48,872 nt of DNA from Pelomyxa schiedti (Eukaryota; Protista; Evosea). Numbering within the stretch: the stretch's first letter is position 1; every line of letters begins with the position of its first letter. This document shows, one piece after another, positions 34,701-48,872 of the stretch. A program made the translations under genes and the position numbers. The notes beneath the pieces were generated by a model. The model did no database searches. It was not told the DNA's origin and saw only the letters and a program-made list of their open reading frames with translations. The DNA lies in assembly GCA_020536535.1 (NCBI GenBank), contig JAHLWZ010000146.1, positions 1 through 48,872 on the forward strand, read 5' to 3'.

Positions 34701-37700
34701 GCTCAATTTATCATGACTATAAGAAGCCTTAACCCAGTCACGGATAGTGGCCTAAATTTGCAATGAATCAAAGAAGATCTAGAAAAGGGGTAAACCTTTG
34801 CTGCTAAAGTGTGGAGCAAGTTACCACGTGTAGTAAGAAGCTCACTTGTACTTACAATACACTTGCTCTCCCCTCCAGAACCAGACCAACAAAGTTCGCC
34901 ATGGGTACAAAGATTTTTTTGCATGTGTGTATAAATGAGTACATGGTCTCCATTAAAAAGAGTATCAAATTGGTGAGGTGCTTGAATCTTTGGTTCAACT
35001 TGCCACTTGACAAAGATGAGAGAAAGAAGAGTGACATTGGATATGTACATCGATGGAGACATGGGAAGCACTTGGATTTGTAGATCGTTGGATATATTTT
35101 TTTACAACAGTCTCTATTTTCGGCACTGGATCGTTCGTATTTATGACTTCGGCAGCACCACCCCCTACCCTTTTTTTTTTATTATTATTAGTATTTTTTT
35201 CAATTGGTTGTTGAGTAGTCCCATTGTACCTTGCCAAAGCTGAAATTGTATGTAAATCACTATTTCCAATTCCGAGTACAAATAGTCTAATTTGTGCAGA
35301 ATGGCGATCAAGCATTTTTATCACATGGGGGATGTCAGATATAACGCCATCTGAGAGTAGAAAAACGTTCGTTGGAATTTCTTCGTCTCTTGACGTTTGT
35401 GAGTAAAGCAATATACCTGACCCATACATACTTGGATGCGGCAAAGGGACAGATTGCATTTAGAGGGGGCCACAAATCTGTGCAGCCAAGACCAGGGTTA
35501 AGACTCTCTATGGCCGAGCATATCATTTCATATGAATTTCTGGATTTTTTTACCCTAGAAGGGAAAATCCAAGAAAAACCAGAATCTATTTGATGTGAAA
35601 CTGTTGCAGATGTAAGGGGATACAAACCAAATTTCATAATGTTGACAGTTGAGTTCTCTGGCAAATGTTGAATAAGAATTTTTGCCACTTGCTTCAACTT
35701 GAAAAAAGTTTGCCCTTGCATTGAATAGGATGTATCCATTAAAAGCACGAAGTCCAGAGGCGATATCGTGGCCTCTAGGAGATTCTCAACAGTGGAAAAA
35801 TATTTAGAATTTCAACCTAAAGATAGTTCTGGATGAAATACAAGCATCGTGGCCATTGTACCGTTACAGTTTCGTTCTAACCACATTCTTGGTAAATCTA
35901 CTTTTAGTCACATAATGAAAGGCGAAAAAAAAAAAACGGACGAGAATTTTCAGCATAGATAGATACAGTGAAATCCGTTTGTAGACTGACATCATTCTTA
36001 ATTCTTATTGTTGCTAAGTTATCTGTTCGTTTCATCCAAATATCGTGACTGCACGTTATATTGGTGATATCTCAGAACAGTTAGACCATGTAATATAAGG
36101 GATTCCCTTACTAAATGCCATTTGGATGGTCATCTGGCAGTGAAATAACTGTGCAATAGCCTGATGAGTAGAAGTTTGAAGCTGGGTGATGGTTGAGTAG
36201 TTACTCTCCACTTGGGAGCGAGGGCAATGAGTGGAAGCTGGAACGATAAATTGGACTGCACCATCACTAGAAATGGAAAGTTCTTTCACATATCTGGGAG
36301 TGTCAATTCATATTGAGGCCAACGGGGAATGATACGTTATTTTAATGATTACATCAGTTCTGGGAGGCAAATTGCCAATGCTCACGGTGAAAACGTCAGA
36401 TTGATCTTCATCCATGAGATAGGCACCATGCCCTGCTTTGACTGCTTGGTGGTATTCCTACAAAATACATTAATATGGTGTAGGAAAGCCTTATGAACCT
36501 CATGTGCAGCCTCTTTTTCTTTAACAACGCCTATAACATGTCGGTCATTGATGTATGCCTCAAATCCACATACTGCCGCCATGGCATCCAGAGAGAACAC
36601 ATATCTTATTTTTTGGAATAATTAATCATGGGTGGAGAACACACGTAAATCTCACTTTGCTTCCAAAGGTTGATCAGAATCATTTCTGTACTGCTGGAGT
36701 ACAACAACTTCTGCAACCAAATCGACTATCTAGATTAACGTTACGAGAAATACTTCTCTGAGATAGTGAACTTTTGCTTGAACGTTCACTTGGAGCAAGG
36801 GAACCAGAACTCCAGTTTGTGAAAATAAGCCTGATTGTGGTGGTTCCGAGGTAGGATGCATAGGTGGAGTGTCATTTGCACTTTCTTGATCCGCAAACAT
36901 CAACTCCTCCGACGAACTCACAAATTTGCCATGTGATAAAACTTTGGGAGGTGTTTGACGGAAAGAGAATTCGATGAGGTACGCCATGTGCTGTTGATCC
37001 ATTGAGTAAATGACATATCTGTTCAGTTATCAGAGGAGGAGAGGTTGAAATGGTAACATAACTCATCATCTCGAAAATCTGTTGGTGTTTCAGGGGTAGA
37101 TTTCACCGCATGTATACTGTGGTAGGGGGATGGCGGCGCCAACAACGATGAACATGAACGCTTGAAGTCTACACACTGGCCTAGTGCCACCCTGCATACA
37201 AGGAGCAATGCTCGATTACCTTTTCTGTCGCAAATCAGTTACAAAAGCAAGGAATAACGGATAAACCCTTTCAAAACAGAGCAATATTGTAAGGCTGTAG
37301 ACGCTTTATCTGCAAAATAAAGACCAGCACCAAGCATCCCAGCATCAGTCCTCTTGGTGTTTGTAAAGGTTAAAACATGTGGCACTAGTAGGCCTCTAGA
37401 CAAAATGCCGAGCCAGTGCTCGGCCTTACTGCCATGGAAGAGGTACTTAATGTTACCAATGGGAGAGTTAAATCTTTCTAATTCTCCTGTTCTCTGTGCC
37501 CTTTTTTTTGTTGTTATACTATAAGACAATGAGACAGATACCTGAAAATGTTGGTCAGCTTCACTCGAGCCAAAAAATCGTTTCCTAGAGTCTCTTCTAA
37601 GGAGCCCCATTCAGCAGTTTTTCTTTCAACACAAGAGATGTTACACCGCAAGGAGGCGTACTTGAGGTATGGCGAGTCCCTATTTTATTTTGTTATTGCT

Positions 37701-39302
37701 AAGGAATTCAAAAGACTAAATATGGTACCTAATATCTCTGTTTGTTCCAAGTACTTCACCCACACCATGCATGTCTCTCAGAGTTTGGCAGTAGTAGAAT
37801 TCAGTATCCAAGTGAGTAAAGGAAGCGAGATCTAATTTTGATGCCTAGGACCATATTAGAATGCTTTTGCAAATTCCAGATTATACATGTGGAAGAATAG
37901 AATAGAATTTATCCTGTAGTGAATGAATCCTGTTTATCTCTTGAGACTAAAGATGATTCAATGCTTCTTGAGCTTGAAAGAAATAATTGACCTTCAAGGC
38001 TGAACTAATTTCGGCTAAGATCAGTTCAGCCTGAAGAATCGTGTCCAAGTCAGGGAGCGATGTTGTATTTGATTGTTGGAGGTAAAACTCAGTGGCAGAA
38101 TTATACACTTCAGTTATGAGCTTCTCAATCGGAAGTTCCAAGTTGGCCTTCGGAGTGTCCCTCTTTTTTTTTTCCCACCCCCAACAAATTGGTGTTGTTC
38201 GTAGTTTTAACCCACCCTACCATATGTGAAACATTTATTGGCCATTCAATTTGTGCAAATCCTTTTTCAGTCAAATTACTGTATAAGGTAGCGTACCTTC
38301 AACAGTTTAAGTATTAGAAACATAGTACAAATGAACAAACAGAAGTTCGGCAGTGTCAAGGCTATAGAGTCTTTTCACATTCCTGAAGGCATTAAACAGG
38401 TATGCTGTCAAAAGGGGAAAAGAAACTTTCTTGGCACTGGTTGGGCTTTGGAATATAATAACGCAAACTCCCCCAGTTCTTAGAAGAAATTAGACAGGTG
38501 AGAGAACTGGTGGACTACTTGAAACAAGAAGCGCTAATGAAACTTCATTGGAATCTCGCTTCAGTTTAGATCTTCTTATCGGCTCATAACTGGCCAGTGA
38601 GCCATCAAAAGAAATCCACAACTCTTTTCCAAGTTTCAGATAGAACTAAGAGGAACAAACCATTACCAGGATTGCACTCATCTTCGCTCAGTGCATTGCT
38701 CGGTGATTGCGTAATAGTATCTCTAACTGAATTAGTGCCACAAATCAAGTATCACTAGTACTTTGTGGGGACTGGAGGTTCAGGCGAATGTGGAGAGGGA
38801 ACAATATAGGATGAATATGGCAAGAGCGTCTCCTTTCTCACACAGTCACCCAAATACTTCTCACATAGCAATACAACTCTTTCATTCTTTCTTGTTCGAT
38901 TCAACCGCTCAAGTTGGGCCCAAGCCCTTCGAGGAGTGTTAATTGATGGTGTGAATTGTATTCTTCTATAGCTCTATCCACTCAGTGAAGTACATTTTCA
39001 AGTTTGAGTCCTCCTCAGCACACAAAACAACGTGACTAGTGTATTGTGACATGCACGTTTGTACACGACCTCCATATTTCTCAACTAACTTCTCCAGTGC
39101 TTTTCTCTGTCAAATGGAAACACAGAAAGACGTGGGTATTAGAGCCAAAAAAAAAAAAAAAGGAGCAGAAGGTATATACTTTGGCAGTGTCACCCCCAAG
39201 CAACACAAAACTGCACCCAGCGAATACCAGCGTAGTATTTGTTGTGGATGAAGTTGCCTTGGACTCAGGTACTGTAGGCGTTGACGGATGTTGGTCAGTC
39301 AT
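31780..39302 (-). CDS. PARP4: PARP4 / vault-PARP-like protein (BRCT, PARP catalytic, VIT, vWA, long low-complexity linker, uncharacterised C-terminus)
   Basis: BRCT (VFAGCSFVL...KYLGDCVRKETLLPYSSY). PARP LFHGS, GMLGAGLYFADKAS and spliced DDE|YVIY. VIT AAVCGFEAYINDRHVIGVVKEKEAA. vWA LLMDTSYSMQG, FLLSDG. LSCEYSVLSPLTSFVAIEER. The 3' exon chain to ~31780 is less certain. Confidence 0.9.
33073..33172. other. Assembly gap (100 N) flanked by an exact 121-nt duplication
   Basis: 32952-33072 is identical to 33173-33293; collapsing it restores the frame KPAPRKPPKPVVQ. Confidence 0.95.
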
Positions 39303-39517
39303 TTACTCGAGATCTACGTGCACGTCGCCACTATACCACCGTTGACTGTTCGTTGTGAAATCGTTTTTCTTTGTGTTTTCCAAGTGGCATCACGTTATCG
39401 TTCCGGAATTACGAATTCGTCGTTTAGAAGAAAGGAGTTTTTTTTTTAGGCAAGCGTCTTTGTTGCAAAAGCAGTGACATGAAGGGGTGTTGTTGTGTTT
39501 TGTTGAGGGTGCTATGT

Positions 39518-42691
<3,174 letters not shown>

Positions 42692-42992
42692 CCCACTGTG
42701 TTTGTTATTGGTTTTTAATTCGAATTTTAAATTGCACTCTGATGATGGAACCGAGCCTAAATGACAGAAGAAAATTACTCTGCGAATGGCACTGGTTGCC
42801 TGCCCACATGTTATTGCATTAATTCTCCACAAAACATCATTTATTCGCACAGGGTCTCTGTGGTCACCGGATCTCTGATGCGAAACGTACGCGGGATCTC
42901 CCTTTCTGCGATCTCCCCAACAGTTGGGGTCCGAACAAAATGTGCAGCACACAACAAGAAGGAAAACACATTTAATTAAATCATCACTCGCA

Positions 42993-44380
42993 ATGAGGAC
43001 CGTTCTAGCGGTGTTGGTTTTTGCAAGTGCTGTGCTGGCTGTGGACGACTTTGTTTTGTTATCCAACAAAGTGGGTGCTGTAACTAGCATCTCCTTCATC
43101 AATGCCACACACGGCTTTGTTGGCGATGAATTGAAAATCATGCGCACCACTGATGGTGGATACACATGGTGTGCCTTGTGAACTTTAGGTTTTTTTTTAC
43201 TTCCAACTGATTTTAGGACGGAATCCTTGATTGAGGGAACTCAAGCAGCAAGGTACTTGGACGTTGTGGCTTCTGGCAAGGTTGTTGTGGCAACTGGGGT
43301 TGGCGACTCCAGTGCTATTCCTGGCACTTCTTACAGCCTCAACGCTGGAATTTTCTTCAATAAGACTGACGAGACGTATTTCCACCCCACTTGAGAGTTG
43401 TTTCCATAACGCTAGGTGCTAGGCATCTTCGCCAGCAGTGGTACTCCGTTGAACCTATTAAGGGTGCTGACGGTTCTTTCGTGAAGACTGGCCAATGGAG
43501 CGACCTCGTTGGAGGAGACGGAAATGGCGTAGCAACGTCTTCGTAAGTTTTCACAGTCAAAGGTTTCATGCTATAACTCGGCTAAGAAATGGCGGAAAGT
43601 CATGGACAGATCACAACTGGGGAATTGACACTCCAGCTCGGTTTGCCTCATTTGTCAGCACAGCAAAAGGATGGGTTGCTGGTGGTGAATTGCCCGATAT
43701 TTCTGACAATTCCACTCGTGCTGTCATTGCTTCAACAACTGACGGTGGTTGGACTTGGAAACAACTGACTGACACAACCCAGTATCAACTTCCATACTTT
43801 TTACGAAATCCTAAGCTCCATAGATACTATAACAATGGAATTGCATTTGCTTCCGAGACTGTTGGGTGGGTTATTTGCGTTACTTCTGATGGTACTCCCC
43901 ACTATTTTCTCTTTGCTAGATTAACTCTTTGGAAGGGTCAATCATAAAGAAAACGACAGATGGTTGTATTTTTCGCCAGGCCTTTCTTTTCTAACCAGAA
44001 TCAAGCGGGCAACACCTGGATCACCCAAGTTACCACCGATCAAGTGATACTCAAAAAGCTTTGGATGCTTAGTGCAACTGAAGGCTGGGCTGTTGGTATT
44101 GATTCCTTGTCTTCCCACACGTGTCTGACAATACACCAGGTGGGTACCAAGACGGAATTATCTACCATGGGCAGATTCTCCACACCACCGACGGTGGTGT
44201 TAGTTGGCCTTCATACGCTATTCGTGGTGTATGTGTCCTTTACTTCAGATTTCATTCCCAAACCACACCCCCCAGGTGATTTTCAATGATATTGCTGGTT
44301 CAGATTCTACCCACGTTTGGGCCTGTGGTGTTTCTGAAAGCAGTGATGGTGGTGTTGTGTACCAGTGGGTAAAAAGCTAG
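42993..44380 (+). CDS. Secreted BNR/Asp-box (Ycf48/WD40-YVTN-like) beta-propeller protein
   Basis: Signal peptide MRTVLAVLVFASAVLA; repeated TTDGGYTW, NGGKSW, STTDGGWTW, HTTDGGVSW and F....GW motifs; TAG at 44378-44380. Confidence 0.8.
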
Positions 44381-44621
44381 ACAGTAAATTAAATAGAATC
44401 CCTTTTTGAAAAATGTTTGAGGCCCCAAGCACAGGTGCCATCTTTAAGAGGGACTTGTGCTATTGGACGTAAGGGTTTTCCTTATGGCAGATTGGAACCC
44501 AATCTATATGAAGCAACTGAAATTTTTACGTCAATAATTTCATCGGACTTCAAAAGAGTTAGAACACTCCTAGAAAATCAAAAGTCGAAACCAAAACAAC
44601 ACAAAAAAAAACCCGTTCGAG

Positions 44622-46172
44622 ATGATGCAACCGGTCGTGTCGTGCTCGCTTATTCGCCCTATGGTACGTAACGAGATCTTTACCCTGTATATAAGTACGC
44701 AGCGCAACGAATAACGGTAATTTGCTTTTTTTTTGTAGACCATGCCAGTGCGAATGTCGCACTCATCGGGACCCGTTAAGAAGACACCGTTCAACTCACT
44801 CCACAAAGAACTCGGAGGGAAGATGATCGAGTTTTTTGGCTGGGAAATGCCAGTTCAATTTCCAACTGGTGTGATGGGCGAAGTGGCACTTTGCAGGAAC
44901 GGCGCTGCTGTATTTGATGTGTCCCACATGGGGCAGCTCAAGTGAGCACAGTCCTAGTAGGACTTTTTCTTCGTCTCCCTTCTTTCACATTAGCCAACGC
45001 TAACGCACTTTGTCTTTTTTTTTAAGGGTCTATGGTTCCAAGCGAATCGACTGGGTTGAGAGAATGACAGTTGCCGATGTCAAGAATCTCCCAGAAAATA
45101 ACATCAAGCTGAGCATCATCCCCAATGAGAAGGGTTGCACAGTGGATGACACCATGGTCACTAAATGCAAGGACCACCTTTACATCATCGTCAACTCTGC
45201 TTGCTATGATAAGGATATGAAGCACTTCAAGAAATATCTTAGTGAGTTCCCTGGAGTCAGGATTGAGAACTTGTATGACACGCACGCCATGATTGCCATC
45301 CAGGTAAAAAGCATTTGAGTCTTGTTGCAGTGTGTTGATGTTTCGTTTTACAGGGTCCTGCTTCCGAGGAGGCAATGAAGACACTTCTTGATAAGGACAA
45401 GGCTGCTTATCTTGACAAGATGCCTTTCATGACCCGCATGGTTGCTAGAGTTGCTGGGTGCGACGATTGTGTCATTTCCCGTTCTGGCTACACCGGAGAA
45501 GATGGTTTCGAGATTAGCGTACCACGCAAGAATGCCATAAAACTCGGAAGGTAGTTTTTTTCTTAACACTATGAGATAACTTATTCCCACCAGGGCTCTC
45601 TGCAATGCCCCCAATTGTGGACCCGCGGGTCTTGGATCCCGTGATACCTTGAGGCTCGAAGCAGCCCTTTCACTTTATGGTCAAGACTTGGATGACAAGA
45701 GCACCCTTGTTGAGGCAGGTCTCAACTGGGTTGTACGTATGTCGCTCTTACTTCTTGATCGTCTTTACTAATCTTCCGCAGCCAAGAGGAGACGTCAGGA
45801 GGGTGGCTTCCTTGGTGCGTCTGTAATCCTCAAACAAATGAAGGAGGGTGTTGCTAAGAAGCGTGTGGGCCTCATTGTTGACACTGCTCCAGCCAGAGGT
45901 TGTACTTTCACCTCGTTCACTCATCGCTGACATTGTTTTTTTTTCCCCCAACAGAGCACGCCCCAGTCCTTAGTGTGACCGGAAAGGAAATTGGAGTTAT
46001 CACAAGTGGTGGACCAGCACCAACAATTGGCAAGAACGTTGCCCTCGCCACAGTACCAACCGAGTATTCCTCCATTGGCACAAAGCTTAAAGTCAAGGTC
46101 CGTGGTAAAGCCTACAACGCCACAGTCACCAAGCAGCCCTTCGTTCCCCACCGCTACAAGAAGGACCTGTAA
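44622..46172 (+). CDS. AMT: Glycine cleavage system T protein (aminomethyltransferase) with N-terminal organellar presequence
   Basis: [44 protein letters not shown]|[50 protein letters not shown]; upstream exon from ATG 44622. Confidence 0.96.
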
Positions 46173-46276
46173 CTCCCACAACAAACAACAAACCAGCCTT
46201 CAACACCAAGCCGGAACAAAAAGAACCAAAATCCCTTTGCCCTTTGAACAGCTTTCTTTCTTTTATTGATTTCTCC

Positions 46277-48399
46277 TTACAAAACACCAAAGGTTGGTGG
46301 TAACAAGAAGTTCAGACAAGACACCACCCTCATAATTCTGAAGGGGTTGGAATCCGGCAAATTGTAAATGTGAGGTGGCTTGCTCGTCAGAGGCCCCCAG
46401 CCCGGCGCCCATTCCCACGGCAGCCCACAGCCACTCGCGCCGAGCACGAGAGGCACAGTGCAATTCAGGTCGGGGCGGCCGCGGCTTCCCGCGCCGGGCA
46501 CCGCGGCGAGAGGGGTCATTGTGGGACGGGGGTCCGGCGAGAACTCGAAGGCCAGGGTGTCTGGGCTCGGGGATTTGTGGCCTGGAAGGAAGCAGGGTCC
46601 GCTCTGGGTGGCCATGGCCGTCTGAATGGTGGTGACCGTGACCTGGTTCTGGTTCTCTTTCTCTCCCGGGGTGCATTTCCACACACCCTCTGCGGTGCTG
46701 CGGGTGGAATAGTCCTGTGGGGGGGGATGTGTTGTTGTGAGTGTGTATGGTGGGGGTGAGAGGTGGGGGTGGGCGGAGGCAGGTTAGAAATTGTGGGTAT
46801 GTTATTATGATCAGATAGATAGGGAGGGGAAGGGAGGAAGGGGTAAAGTTACGTTGTTGCGGCTTGATGTGATGGAGGAGAAATCTATTCGGCATGTGCC
46901 GTCTGCCCTCAGAGTAAGTGTAATACCCCAATCTGCACATGCCGTCAGCAACTCGGGTGCTGGTGTAGGGGGGGGAGGAAACCTGTGCTCCTGGACCACG
47001 ACGGATCCTTGGAGAAATAACCAAACTGCAGGCTGTTCTTCTCAGAAAATAAGGATCGTAGTCCAGCTGGGTAGTCGGTGCTCATAGGCACTGCTGACAA
47101 AAGCAGTACAGAAAGGTGCTCGCAAATTACAGGATAGCTCAGTGCATGATGTAGCAGTTGGGTAGGAAGATCAAGAAGCAAGCCAAGTCCTCGTGAAATG
47201 ATTTTCTTTTTTTCAGTATACCCGAGGTCATTATTTGCCTGTAGATAAGTGATACTGTACTCACTGCGGTGGTGGGAAACCTTGACAAAATTCCTCATGA
47301 CATGAGGGTCTGGGACACTCAAGGTTTTTAGAATAGCCTCTAGTTTCGAGTTGAATGCTGTGACTGAATTTTTTCAGTTTCATCAATTATTCAAGAAATG
47401 GAATACCTACAACGTGGTATTGGCTTTCATCTGTCCTGTCGCTAGAATAGACGAGGGTGTATTGCCCAGGTGTAACTTCACTGATAAATGGCAGAGAATC
47501 CATCTTGACTGTTTTTTTGATTGAACCATCTCTCGAATGCAAGATAAACGGAATTTCTTCGAAGTCACAGCACACATATAACTTGTTTAGCTCCTCAGGA
47601 ACATAGAAAGGGATTTCGCGGTCTGAAGTGCTTGATGGAGAAAATGGCCTGAATTCATCAGCAACAGTTGAGAAAAGTTGGCTGAAATTCTAAAAACGGT
47701 TGGAACAAGCAATGGTGGGAAGGGAATAAGGGCAAAATCACAGGAACACTAGGAACAAGGGCAGAGAGTATTTGTGCACAAAGTGTATGAGCCTGATCCC
47801 GCAAAGGAGAGCACACACAAGAAGGTGGTTGGGGATTATACAAAACAGCTGCCACTGGTAAGTGAACTTCTCTACTTTTTCTTTTTACGGAAAGTAACTC
47901 AGTGTAAAGTCTAATAACCTGAAAGAAAAAGATATCAGCGCAGTACTCTCCATATATCAAGGAATATAATCCGAACCCCCCAATAAATTGCAACACACAC
48001 CACAAACACCAATTCGCATGGAAGGAATCAAGGAGGGAGGGGCCCACTCACATCGGCCCACTGCAGGAACCCAGCCAATTCCACTATTCGGCAGCAGATG
48101 TCGCGGGGCAGGGCCGGCCTCGCCCCCTGCAGCAGCGCCTCCACCCTTGCGTCTCCCTCCCTCCCGCCCCCCTCCGTGTCGGCTCGCGCTCCTCCCGCCC
48201 CTTGCTCCTGGTAGGCGTCGCAGCCGCCGCCGCCGTCGAGGGCCTGGGCGTGCATAGACAAGAAAGTCCAGGCGGCACTCAGGGCCTCGTCGGGGTAGCG
48301 GCATGCTGGCGCCTGCTCCCCCCCGCCGTGTTGCAGAGGAGGAGGAGGCACCACCGACGACCCCGTCCCCCCGCCACGGCTACTACCGCTCCCGCCCAT
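46277..48399 (-). CDS. Lineage-specific hypothetical multi-exon protein, possible N-myristoylation site
   Basis: GC-rich first exon MGGSGSS...LPRDICCRIVELAG; chain of protein-like minus-strand ORFs ending at the stop at 46277, convergent with GcvT. Confidence 0.5.
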
Positions 48400-48539
48400 T
48401 CGTGTAAGACTTCCTACACGTATCTGATAGTGGTATTCGTTTAAAATAACGGCCAGCCCCTGGTCCTATTAAATACTTCTCACTTATTTCTTCTCCTGGT
48501 TGGAACCAAAGGAACAAAGTAAACTTCTACCTTCAACAA

Positions 48540-48872
48540 TTACGCTCCAACATCAGAACAGTCCGAGAAGTAGAAGAGAACCAGATTATGGATTCCACTG
48601 GTCTGTAGTCCACACATACAGTTCCCCCCCTCTTGTGTTGACTGGATGGCTGAGAGGTAGGTAGTATCTAAAAACGGAGTTGTTGTCAGTGGGCATTCAC
48701 TGTTACAGATTTTCAGAAGGTTTTCTTTTGCACAAAATAGAATCTCCAATCCACAATATATCCAATCCAAATCCAAAGGGTACCTTGTGCGAAATTGAGG
48801 GGTTAATTAATTGGGAAGCACCACACACCTTGTTTTGTGGGTCAATGAAATGATGTAATATCTCAGGGTTAA
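48540..48872 (-). CDS. Possible 3' end of a gene truncated by the window edge
   Basis: ORF 48540-48776 with exon-like context; no recognisable family. Confidence 0.25.

Noticed and set aside
42692-43165. Long N-terminal extension of DHX15 in ORF 42203-43165
   Set aside because: The upstream part is the antisense shadow of the beta-propeller gene and its promoter; MTDRKRK at 42691 is the plausible start.

Overview
Gene-dense, intron-rich eukaryotic DNA. Introns are very short (about 35-125 nt), GT/GC-AG with degenerate donors, first exons are GC-rich and low-complexity, and intergenic gaps are 50-300 bp. This style and the gene content (glycine cleavage T protein, PARP4-like, Rac, GCN2) suggest a free-living protist such as an anaerobic amoebozoan (Pelomyxa-like); the taxon is an inference only. 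Recognisable genes are TFIIA gamma, GCN2, ZCRB1 (U11/U12-31K), a divergent eIF2 gamma, an acid ceramidase/NAAA, an SDR, a Rac/Rho GTPase, PARP4-like, DHX15/Prp43, a secreted BNR/Ycf48-like beta-propeller and GcvT, plus several lineage-specific hypotheticals. The standout is a 5-exon minus-strand gene (2970-~6689). Once spliced it encodes C2H2 zinc fingers, a circularly permuted SF2 helicase (Walker A placed after motif VI, GREB1-like) and an Rrp8/NML-like SAM methyltransferase, making it a candidate single-chain nucleic-acid modification machine. Bases 1-555 and the duplications around the N gaps are k=121 assembly-graph artefacts from heterozygosity.
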